From Chloroflexota bacterium (GTDB lineage: Bacteria > Chloroflexota > Limnocylindria > Limnocylindrales > CSP1-4): a stretch of DNA of 64,000 nt. Positions 9,199 to 16,509 of this stretch are shown here, piece after piece. How positions within the stretch are numbered: position 1 is the stretch's first letter; each line of letters begins with the position of its first letter. Under the pieces are notes generated by a model. That model had not been told where the DNA came from. It did not search any database and worked only from the letters and a program-made list of their open reading frames with translations. The stretch is taken from the NCBI GenBank assembly GCA_016191395.1, contig JACPOS010000003.1, positions 107,100-171,099 of the forward strand, read 5' to 3'. The translations under genes were made by a program, and so were the position numbers.

Positions 9199-10278
9199 TC
9201 AAAGGGTCGTCAATGTCTGAGTCATGTATTCCCAGTATTCGTCCGTCGGTAATGGATGGAGGCCTTGAAGTTGCGAATTCGTCTTGACCCAGACCTGCTG
9301 ACCCCGGTTGAACAGGCGTAGAAACTGAACTTGGAGATAGTACTGGTTGGCATACGAGAAATGGGGTTTTTGACCAGTGACGATGGCGAAGTAGTTGCGG
9401 ATCTGGTCGCTGCCGGTCTCGAACTGGGCTTCCTCATTTCCTCCATCACGCACCTCTTCGACGTCGCTCGTCCTGAGGCCCGGGATGTTGCTGGACCACG
9501 TCAAGAAGTAGCAGTAGTTCTCTCGCTTTACGCAGAAGTCCCAGCCGTCCTTATCCTGCGGCGATCCTTGTCCGGCGCCGCCGGGGCGATCCTCCCGCCG
9601 GAACTCAATCGTCCAGTTCACCGATGAAGCCATATTCGCCCAAGCCTTGAGCCGGTTGAGGCGGGTGCTCCCATTCGTCTGTGAGGTGTAGTACGAGTTG
9701 TTCCACCACCACAGCATCTGCCGCACGGTCACGTACTGACCGTCACTGGACTGGGTGAATGTCGGGCGCGTAACGCCATTTGGACCCCAATCTGCGACGG
9801 TCGGGTCGCCTGGCTGGTCGAGGTAGGAATGGACGCCAATCCAGCCGACGGCATCGTCGTCGTATACATACGCTGAGCCGTTCCAGTAGTAGAGGTAAAC
9901 GCCAAGGGCTTCCTCCACCACCGGCGTGGTTAAGGCGGGTGATTGCCAGGCGTAGGTCTGGCCCCCCGCAACAGACTGCGACGTTGTGCTAAGCCAACGC
10001 GAATCGTTTGCCGACCATAGGCCGATCTTAAACGTCTGCGAACTCTTGGCGTAAACCTCTACCCAGACCTGCATCTGGCGGCTCGTAGACGCGTAGTTCT
10101 GGGCGAACGCGGGGTCTTCCCATGGACTCCAAGAACTCGATGAGCTCCATCGCCACCGCACTTCGACGTCTTTGAGATACCCCTTGACCTCGGCGGCCGC
10201 AGCGGGTTGAGCGTGGCCAGCGTAATAGGGCACCAACACCATGAGGCCCAGCAGAACGGAGATCAGTCGACGAGACAC
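9199..10278 (-). CDS. Hypothetical secreted protein (Trp/Tyr/Asn-rich)
   Basis: Track ORF 9199..10398. GTG at 10278 is preceded by GAGGAG plus 5 nt and gives the signal peptide VSRRLISVLLGLMVLVPYYAGHAQPAAAA. The mature part is aromatic-rich (WWWNNSYY, WRWSSSSSWSPW). No family recognised. Confidence 0.7.
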   Translation of the reverse strand: MSRRLISVLLGLMVLVPYYAGHAQPAAAAEVKGYLKDVEVRWRWSSSSSWSPWEDPAFAQNYASTSRQMQVWVEVYAKSSQTFKIGLWSANDSRWLSTTSQSVAGGQTYAWQSPALTTPVVEEALGVYLYYWNGSAYVYDDDAVGWIGVHSYLDQPGDPTVADWGPNGVTRPTFTQSSDGQYVTVRQMLWWWNNSYYTSQTNGSTRLNRLKAWANMASSVNWTIEFRREDRPGGAGQGSPQDKDGWDFCVKRENYCYFLTWSSNIPGLRTSDVEEVRDGGNEEAQFETGSDQIRNYFAIVTGQKPHFSYANQYYLQVQFLRLFNRGQQVWVKTNSQLQGLHPLPTDEYWEYMTQTLTTL

Positions 10279-10434
10279 CGTCGCTCCTCGTTGCTCTCCG
10301 AACCCCTTGGATAGGCGCTCGTAGTAAGGAACGCTCCGGTCGAGTCGCCGGCGCCCGAGCCGGACCACGTATCGCCGACGTTGAGCGGCGCCGACCAACC
10401 CACACGCCCGTCGCCGGTCACCGACAATCGCTGA

Positions 10435-11523
10435 TCAGTCATTGTAGAGCCGCTCTTCGATGAGCTTTTCCTGTACCGGGCGACCCGTAGGATCGAAGCA
10501 CGAGAAGTCGAAATGCTTGTGGAACTCCGTGTCCACGTTGTCCGCGCCGCTCCGGTTCTTCTCGATGGACACCACGACCCAGTCGCGGAAGCGCTGCGCC
10601 TGATACGGGTTGAACTCGATGTTGACCTTGGCGACGATCTGGTACTTCTCGTTGAGGATCAGGATGATGTCGGCCTCGTAGTTGATGGCCGACGAGCCGC
10701 GCAGGTGGTGATTGCGGAGGCGCGCGGCCTTGAGGCCCTCCTTGTCCGCCGCGACGATCGCGATCGTCGGGACCTTCTCCGTGAGCGAGATGTCCTTCAG
10801 CCCGTTCACGACGTAGGTGACCTTCTCGGACTCGCTGGGCGGCTCCGGGAACTGGGGCACCTTCTGCATGTAGTCGATGATCAGGAGCATCCGCTGCTCG
10901 CCCGACTGGGCGCGGTGCTTGCGGATGAGCTCGCGGATGTTCTCGACCGTGCTCGCGGTCTGCGAGCCGCGGAGCAGGTACAGGTTCCCGCCGTAGCGCC
11001 CGATGCGATCGATCGCCGGCTTGAGCCGGGGGTTGGTCGCGAGGTCTGCCGGTCCATCGCCGGTCGTCGCCCAGCTGCGAACGACCTCCGACCGGACGTC
11101 GGTGATCTTGATGGCGCCCGTCGACGGCTTGGTGTTGGGCAGGTGCGGCAGCGCGGATTCCATGGCGATGAGGCGGTTGAGCATGTCCGCGTCGTCGTGC
11201 TCGAAGTTGACGTACAGCACGTAGGCCTGGCCGGACGCGGCGACGTTGCGCGCCATCTGGAGCGCCATCGTGGTCTTGCCCGTGCCCTGCGCGCCGCCGA
11301 TGAGCATGAGCTCACCGGGACGGATCCCCCCGCCGAGCATGCGGTCGAGCGGAGCCAGGCCCAGCGGAATGGGCTCATAGTCGGCGAGCTCGCCGGAGGC
11401 AACCTTGCCTCGGACGTCGTTCAGGACGTCGATCGCGGTCCGCGGCACCATGGAGCCAGCGCCCGTCTCCAGGCTCCAGGGCGCGTCGGCTGGCGCGGCC
11501 GGCGCTCCGGATTTGGCGTTCAC
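10435..11523 (-). CDS. DnaB-family C-terminal (RecA-fold) ATPase domain protein lacking the DnaB N-terminal domain
   Basis: 362-aa ORF. LDRMLGGGIRPGELMLIGGAQGTGKTT (Walker A), LLIIDYMQ (Walker B), and RGSSAINYEADIILIL and IEKNRSG, which parallel DnaB motifs. Only about 55 aa precede the ATPase domain. The GTG start overlaps the M20 stop (GTGA). Confidence 0.8.
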   Translation of the reverse strand: MNAKSGAPAAPADAPWSLETGAGSMVPRTAIDVLNDVRGKVASGELADYEPIPLGLAPLDRMLGGGIRPGELMLIGGAQGTGKTTMALQMARNVAASGQAYVLYVNFEHDDADMLNRLIAMESALPHLPNTKPSTGAIKITDVRSEVVRSWATTGDGPADLATNPRLKPAIDRIGRYGGNLYLLRGSQTASTVENIRELIRKHRAQSGEQRMLLIIDYMQKVPQFPEPPSESEKVTYVVNGLKDISLTEKVPTIAIVAADKEGLKAARLRNHHLRGSSAINYEADIILILNEKYQIVAKVNIEFNPYQAQRFRDWVVVSIEKNRSGADNVDTEFHKHFDFSCFDPTGRPVQEKLIEERLYND

Positions 11524-12938
11524 GCGGTCGTGCCTCCCATCCGAGCTTCGAGCGGTGACATCGTGCCCAGGTCATCCCACAGCCGGGTGATCGTGCGAAT
11601 TCCGGTCTCGTAGTTCAAGAGGACCATCGTCTCGTTCGGGGCATGCGCGTTGTCATCCGGATTCGTGAAGCCAAGCATGACCACGGGCAGCCCAAGGAGC
11701 GTCTCGAACATCGGGGCGACCGGGATGCTGCCGCCGGAGCGGATGAACACCGGGTCCTGGCCGAACGTGGCCTTGAGCGCGCGCGCGGCTGCCTTGGAGA
11801 CGGGGTTGTTGATGTCCGTTCGGAGCGGCTTCGCGGTCCCCAGGTTCTGCACCTCCACGGTCACGCCCTTTGGCGCGACGGAGAGGACGTAGTCCCGGAA
11901 CGCGATGAACAGCTTCTCTCCGTCCTGGTCGGGCACGAGCCGGCAGCTCACCTTGGCGTGGGCGTGCGCCGGGATGATCGTCTTGGAGCCCTCGCCGGTG
12001 AAGCCGCCCCAGATCCCGTTGACGTCGAGCGTGGGCCGGATGGCGCTGCATTCGAGCAGCGTGAACCCCGGCTCACCCGGGACGAGCGCCGGCACGCCGA
12101 CGATCTCCTGGTAGGCCGCCTCGTCAAACGGGAGGCAGCTGATCTCGAACCGCTCCTGGCGGGTCGGCGGAATGACGTCGTCGTAGAAGCCGGGGACGCG
12201 GACGGTGCCGTCGTTCGCCTTCAGCTCGGTGATGATCCGTGCCAGCGCGTTGGCAGGGTTCTGGACGGCGCCGCCGAAGCTTCCCGAGTGGAGGTCGATC
12301 GGCGCACCGGTGACGTCGATCTGCGTGTACAGCATCCCGCGCAGCGAGGTCGTGATCGCCGGGATGTTGCCCTCGAAGAAGCCGGTGTCGCTGATGACCA
12401 CGGCATCGGCGCCCAGGCGGTCCCGGTTATCGGTCAGCCAGCCCGGCAGGTGCGCCGAGGTCGACTCCTCCTCGCCCTCGAAGACGTATCGGAGGTTCAA
12501 CGGCAGGGTCCCGCGGGTCGCGAGCATCGCCTCGGCCGCCTTGAGGTGCATGTGCAGCTGGCCCTTGTCGTCCGCCGAGCCACGGCCGACCATCCGCCCG
12601 TCCTTCACGAACGGGTCGAACGGTGCCGTCTCCCACAGCTCGATGGGGTCCACCGGCTGCACGTCATAGTGGCAGTAGACGAGGATCGTCGGGGCGTCCG
12701 GCGCGTGCAGGTAGTCGCCGTACACGATCGGGTGGCCGGCGGTCAGCGCGACCTCCGCGTGCTCCAGCCCGATCCGGGTCATCTCGTCCGCGATCCAGCG
12801 CGCCGCACGATGCATGTCCGGGGCCTGCTCGGACAAGGCCGAGATGGACGGGATGCGCAGCAGCTCGAGATACGACTCGAGCCGCTGGTCCCTGGTCGTG
12901 TCGAGATACGCCTCGACGCCGGCATCAACGGTGATCAC
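11520..12938 (-). CDS. M20 family metallopeptidase (dipeptidase / ArgE-DapE-CPG2 family)
   Basis: 472-aa ORF with VYCHYDVQP, GRGSADDKGQ and EGEEE motifs typical of M20 peptidases. Confidence 0.85.
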   Translation of the reverse strand: MITVDAGVEAYLDTTRDQRLESYLELLRIPSISALSEQAPDMHRAARWIADEMTRIGLEHAEVALTAGHPIVYGDYLHAPDAPTILVYCHYDVQPVDPIELWETAPFDPFVKDGRMVGRGSADDKGQLHMHLKAAEAMLATRGTLPLNLRYVFEGEEESTSAHLPGWLTDNRDRLGADAVVISDTGFFEGNIPAITTSLRGMLYTQIDVTGAPIDLHSGSFGGAVQNPANALARIITELKANDGTVRVPGFYDDVIPPTRQERFEISCLPFDEAAYQEIVGVPALVPGEPGFTLLECSAIRPTLDVNGIWGGFTGEGSKTIIPAHAHAKVSCRLVPDQDGEKLFIAFRDYVLSVAPKGVTVEVQNLGTAKPLRTDINNPVSKAAARALKATFGQDPVFIRSGGSIPVAPMFETLLGLPVVMLGFTNPDDNAHAPNETMVLLNYETGIRTITRLWDDLGTMSPLEARMGGTTA

Positions 12939-12974
12939 GTCAGCGATGGTAGCCGCCGCCTGTGCGGCCGGTGC

Positions 12975-14972
12975 CTACGCGGGATTGGGTGCAGGGGAGG
13001 ACTTGGCCTTCGGAGCCTTGACGGCGGGCGTGGGAGCCGCGGGCTCACCGCCCTCGGGCCGATGACGCCGCGGCGGGAGACCGTGGAGGTCCTCCTTCGG
13101 TGGCAGGTCCGAGAACAGCGACTCGAACCCGTCGCGATCGACCGTCTCCTCCGCGATCAGCTTCGCGGCGAGTGCGTCCAGGCGGTCGCGGTGGGTCTCG
13201 AGGACCTGGCTCGCCCGCTCGTACGCCCGGTCGACGATCGCCCGGACCTCCTCGTCGATCGTCTTGGCGATCTCGTCGGAGTAGTTGCGCTGCTCGCCGA
13301 TCTCACGGCCGAGGAAGACCAGCTCGTCGCGCTTCCCGAAGGACAGCGGGCCGAGGCGATCGCTCATGCCGAACTCGGTGACCATGCGCCGGGCGAGGTC
13401 CGTCGCCTTCTCGATGTCGTTGCTGGAGCCGGTGGTCGTGTCGTTGAACACCATCCGCTCGGAGACGTTGCCGCCGAGCAGGCCGGCGATCTTGTCCTCG
13501 AACTCCGACTTCGACTGGAGGTAGCGGTCCTCCGTGGGCAGGGCCATCGTGTAGCCGAGGGCCATGCCACGGCTGATGATCGTGACCTTCTGGACCGGGT
13601 CGCACTTGGGGAGCACCCGCTGCACGACGGCGTGACCACCCTCGTGGTACGCGATGATCAGCTTCTCGGCATCAGAGATGACCCGGCTCTTGCGCTCGGG
13701 ACCGGCGACGATCCGCTCGAGGGCCTCCTCGAAGTCCGTCATCGTGATGACCTTGCGGTTGCGGCGGGCGGCGAGGATCGCGCCCTCGTTCATGAGGTTC
13801 GCGAGGTCCGCGCCGGAGAAGCCGGGCGACTGGCGGGCGATGTCCTCGATGGAGATCGCCTTGTCGAGGGGCTTGCCCTTGGAGTGGACCTTCAGGATCG
13901 CCATGCGGCCCTTCATGTCCGGGCGGTCCAGGATCACCTGGCGGTCGAACCGGCCCGGGCGCAGGAGCGCCGGGTCCAGGACGTCCGGCCGGTTGGTGGC
14001 CGCGACGACGATCACGTTGGTGTTCGTGTCGAAGCCGTCCATCTCGACGAGGATCTGGTTGAGGGTCTGCTCGCGCTCGTCGTGGCTGCCGCCGAGGCCG
14101 GCGCCGCGCTGGCGGCCGACCGCGTCGATCTCGTCAACGAACACGATGCACGGGCTGTTCCGCTTGGCCTGGTCGAACAGGTCGCGGACGCGGCTGGCGC
14201 CGACGCCCACGAACATCTCGACGAACTCCGAGCCGGAGATGCTGAAGAACGGCACGCCGGCCTCGCCGGCGACGGCGCGCGCGAGGAGCGTCTTGCCGGT
14301 GCCCGGAGGGCCCACGAGGAGCACGCCGCGCGGGATGCGCGCGCCGAGGGTGTTGAACTTCTCGGGGAACTTCAGGAACTCCACGACCTCCTGGAGCTCC
14401 GTCTTGGCCTCGTCCACGCCGGCGACGTCGTTGAACGTCACGACCTGCTTGTTGCCGAGGAACATGCGGGCGCGGCTCTTGCCGAACGAGAGGGCCTGGT
14501 TATTGGTGCCCTGGGCCTGCCGCATCATGAAGTAGATGAACCCGCCGATGATGATCAGCGGCAGCAATCCGGTGAGCACCAGACCGATCCACGAGTTGTC
14601 CGGCGCGGGCTTGGGTTCGAAGGTTGGTGGATCCACCTTCCCGGTCTCGGCGGCGGTCGCGATGTCCTGGGACACCTGCGTGAGCACGTTCGGGAGCGTG
14701 ACGGTGTAGGCCGGCTCGGCGGCGCTCGCGCCCTGCTCCTTGGTGAAGACGCTGAGCGTCTCACCCTGCTGGACGACCTTGGCGATGGTGCCCGCCTTCA
14801 CGTCCTCGAGGAACGACTGAGGGCCGGAGTAGGCCATCGTCTTGGCCTGGGTGGATGAGCCGAGCCACGTGTACAGCAGGGCCGAGACACCCATGACGAG
14901 CACGAGCATCAGCAGGCCGTTGCGCATGAACCTGGGATTCAAGGAAGGAAGCCTCCGAAGCGATCGGGCCAC
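12975..14972 (-). CDS. ftsH: ATP-dependent zinc metalloprotease FtsH
   Basis: 665-aa ORF. Two TM segments, an AAA module ([20 protein letters not shown]) and the HEGGHA zinc site. Confidence 0.97.
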   Translation of the reverse strand: MARSLRRLPSLNPRFMRNGLLMLVLVMGVSALLYTWLGSSTQAKTMAYSGPQSFLEDVKAGTIAKVVQQGETLSVFTKEQGASAAEPAYTVTLPNVLTQVSQDIATAAETGKVDPPTFEPKPAPDNSWIGLVLTGLLPLIIIGGFIYFMMRQAQGTNNQALSFGKSRARMFLGNKQVVTFNDVAGVDEAKTELQEVVEFLKFPEKFNTLGARIPRGVLLVGPPGTGKTLLARAVAGEAGVPFFSISGSEFVEMFVGVGASRVRDLFDQAKRNSPCIVFVDEIDAVGRQRGAGLGGSHDEREQTLNQILVEMDGFDTNTNVIVVAATNRPDVLDPALLRPGRFDRQVILDRPDMKGRMAILKVHSKGKPLDKAISIEDIARQSPGFSGADLANLMNEGAILAARRNRKVITMTDFEEALERIVAGPERKSRVISDAEKLIIAYHEGGHAVVQRVLPKCDPVQKVTIISRGMALGYTMALPTEDRYLQSKSEFEDKIAGLLGGNVSERMVFNDTTTGSSNDIEKATDLARRMVTEFGMSDRLGPLSFGKRDELVFLGREIGEQRNYSDEIAKTIDEEVRAIVDRAYERASQVLETHRDRLDALAAKLIAEETVDRDGFESLFSDLPPKEDLHGLPPRRHRPEGGEPAAPTPAVKAPKAKSSPAPNPA

Positions 14973-15114
14973 CGACGATGCGGCAACCCCTGCACGAGTA
15001 TAACGACGGTCCCTCGGGAGCCCTCTATGGCCCGTTCGGGTGTCGCAAGGTGGCAGACGGCCGGGGGCATTCGTGCGTTTCGGACGTTGCGGAAACGCTA
15101 CAGACGGGGACGTC

Positions 15115-15189
15115 TGGTAGCTGGGACAGGATTCGAACCTGTGACCTAGCGATTATGAGCCGCTTGCTCTACCACTGAGCTACCCAGCC
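15115..15189 (-). tRNA. tRNA with CAU anticodon (elongator Met type; tRNA-Ile2/lysidine cannot be excluded)
   Basis: The minus strand reads GGCTGGG TA GCTC AGTGGTA GAGC A AGCGG CTCATAA TCGCT AGGTC ACAGG TTCGAAT CCTGT CCCAGCT A CCA. This folds as a 75-nt cloverleaf with an encoded CCA. It lacks initiator features. Confidence 0.9.
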
Positions 15190-15229
15190 ACGGGCCGGGA
15201 ATTCTAGCGTCTCGCCGCCGAACCGATCG

Positions 15230-15727
15230 TCAGACCACGCTCCGCATCCGGCCGGTCTCCACCTCGTACACGAGCCCCTGCACGGGGACGCGCAGGAGGA
15301 CCGGATGCCTGCGCAGGATCTCGACCTGGGCGCGAACGGTGGACTCGAGGTCGGCGAAGCTGCCGAACCGCATCGCCGTCGAGGCGCCGGTCGATTGCTC
15401 GATCCTCGCCCGCAGGTCGGCCTCGTCGGCCTCCTGGAGCCCGCACCGGGTATGCCCGATCACGACGATCGCGCGCGTGCCCAGGAGCTGCTGGCTGACC
15501 GCGAGCGAGCGAACAGCGTCGTCTGTCGCGAGGCCCGCCGCGTTGCGGATCACGTGGGCGTCGCCGATCTCGATGCCGAGGGCGCCGGCGAGGTCGATGC
15601 GCGCATCCATGCACGTGAGGATCGCGAGGCCGGTGCGCGGCGCCGCGGTGAGGAGCGACCGATCGAACGCCTCGACGTAGCGCTCGTTGTGGGCGATCAG
15701 GCGATCGAACGGCGGGTCGCTTGGCAT
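15230..15727 (-). CDS. Beta-class carbonic anhydrase
   Basis: ATG at 15727 (MPSDPPFDRLIAHNERY) within track ORF 15230..16021. CMDARI and GHTRCG zinc-ligand motifs. Confidence 0.85.
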   Translation of the reverse strand: MPSDPPFDRLIAHNERYVEAFDRSLLTAAPRTGLAILTCMDARIDLAGALGIEIGDAHVIRNAAGLATDDAVRSLAVSQQLLGTRAIVVIGHTRCGLQEADEADLRARIEQSTGASTAMRFGSFADLESTVRAQVEILRRHPVLLRVPVQGLVYEVETGRMRSVV

Positions 15728-15767
15728 CGGCGAGGTCGAGGATAGAGCGCGCGGTGGTGGACGATGG

Positions 15768-16346
15768 CTACCGGCCGGCGCCGAAGAGGACCTCCAGCCA
15801 CGCGTCGAGCGGGCTCCGCGGCCGAGGGACCGCCCCGAGTCGAACCGACGCGGAGCCCGGGGCATCCGCCGCGAGTGGCGGGGCGCCCGCTGCGAGGGCG
15901 AACGGGATCTCGTGCGGGCCGCCGAGGCCGAACGCGCGACCGGCCAGGCGGATGAAGCGAACGTCCTGCACGTGCCCGAGGTCGCGCTCAAGCCGGGCGA
16001 CCTCGTCGCGCAGGGCGGCATTCGTCGTTCGAAGCTCGACGGCGCGACTCGACGCTGCCGTTGCCTCGCTCACCTGGCGGGCGAAGCTCAGGATCAGGAC
16101 ACCCGCGAGGAGGACGCCCGCCGCGGTGACGACGCGCCGGCGCGAGAGGCTCGGCATGGGCAGGCTGGCGGGATCGAGTGCTGGCTCCTGGCGGGCCACG
16201 GGACTGGCTGCCTGCGGGGTGACGGGACGCGGCATCGCGTACGCAGGTCGTGCCGGCTTCGCGGCGTCGGGAGCAGCCGTGGCCCGGCGCTGGGGCGTGC
16301 TCCGCAGGAACGACGGGATCGCGGACAGGTCGTCTTGTTCAGGCAT
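15768..16346 (-). CDS. Septum formation initiator (FtsB/DivIC-like) protein
   Basis: 192-aa ORF. Pro/Ala-rich N-terminus, a single TM (VVTAAGVLLAGVLILSF), then a short coiled coil (LRTTNAALRDEVARLERDL). Confidence 0.6.
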   Translation of the reverse strand: MPEQDDLSAIPSFLRSTPQRRATAAPDAAKPARPAYAMPRPVTPQAASPVARQEPALDPASLPMPSLSRRRVVTAAGVLLAGVLILSFARQVSEATAASSRAVELRTTNAALRDEVARLERDLGHVQDVRFIRLAGRAFGLGGPHEIPFALAAGAPPLAADAPGSASVRLGAVPRPRSPLDAWLEVLFGAGR

Positions 16347-16394
16347 GCCGCCCGAGCGTAGCTACGCGGTCGCAGGCGTGTCAACCGGTTCGTT

Positions 16395-16424
16395 GTGCGG
16401 TCCGGTGCGGTCCGGTGCAGTCCG
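16395..16424. repeat. Three tandem 10-bp repeats (GTGCGGTCCG x2, GTGCAGTCCG) flanked by inverted CAACCGG/CCGGTTG
   Basis: Read directly from the divergent intergenic region between the FtsB-like gene and the mrfA-like gene. The flanking inverted repeat is at 16383-16389 and 16422-16428. Confidence 0.8.
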
Positions 16425-16482
16425 GTTGTGACAGCCGAGATGGCACATCAGCGCGCGACCCTGCGTGTAGACTCCCGGAAAT

Positions 16483-16496
16483 CGAACGGACGTTCT
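16483..16496 (+). promoter_or_regulatory. Putative LexA (SOS/Cheo) box CGAACGGACGTTCT
   Basis: 13 of 14 positions match CGAACRNRYGTTYC, with the GAAC-N4-GTTC core intact. It ends 13 nt upstream of the GTG start at 16510 and begins 9 nt downstream of a TAGACT -10-like hexamer (16468-16473). Confidence 0.5.
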
Positions 16497-16509
16497 ATCG
16501 GAGGCTCGC

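Larger units (their letters stand above)
8158..10398 (-). other. Compositionally atypical (low-GC3) three-gene cassette, probable horizontal acquisition
   Basis: Reading the codons by hand, GC3 is about 60-70% here against about 90% in flanking genes. Rare codons AGA, CTA, TTA and ACA are present. No integrase, att or direct repeats were seen. Confidence 0.6.

Noticed and set aside
8158-11523. Possible prophage remnant, integrative element or defence island, based on low GC and a DnaB-like ATPase.
   Set aside because: There is no integrase, recombinase, transposase, phage structural gene or flanking direct repeat, and the nearest tRNA is about 4.7 kb away with housekeeping genes in between. 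The DnaB-like gene itself has native codon usage. I kept it only as a cassette of unknown function.
11643-14858. A 1071-aa plus-strand ORF, the longest in the track. Similar giants occur at 57299-59986 (+), 25467-28121 (+), 2824-4938 (+), 583-2433 (+), 39685-41646 (-), 32296-33741 (+) and 36226-37491 (-).
   Set aside because: Each lies antisense to a gene with unmistakable homology (ftsH/M20, valS, the ParA-like protein plus methyltransferase, nfeD, the CpaE-like protein plus stomatin, aminotransferase/serA, the UvrD-like helicase, rarA). Their products are Arg/Gly/Pro/Asp-rich with no motifs. These are typical stop-poor shadow frames of ~70% GC DNA.
14973-15114. A possible ncRNA or leader between tRNA-Met and ftsH.
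   Set aside because: I saw no conserved motif or convincing structure. The 142-nt spacer is most simply a processing or promoter region, and I cannot support a feature call.
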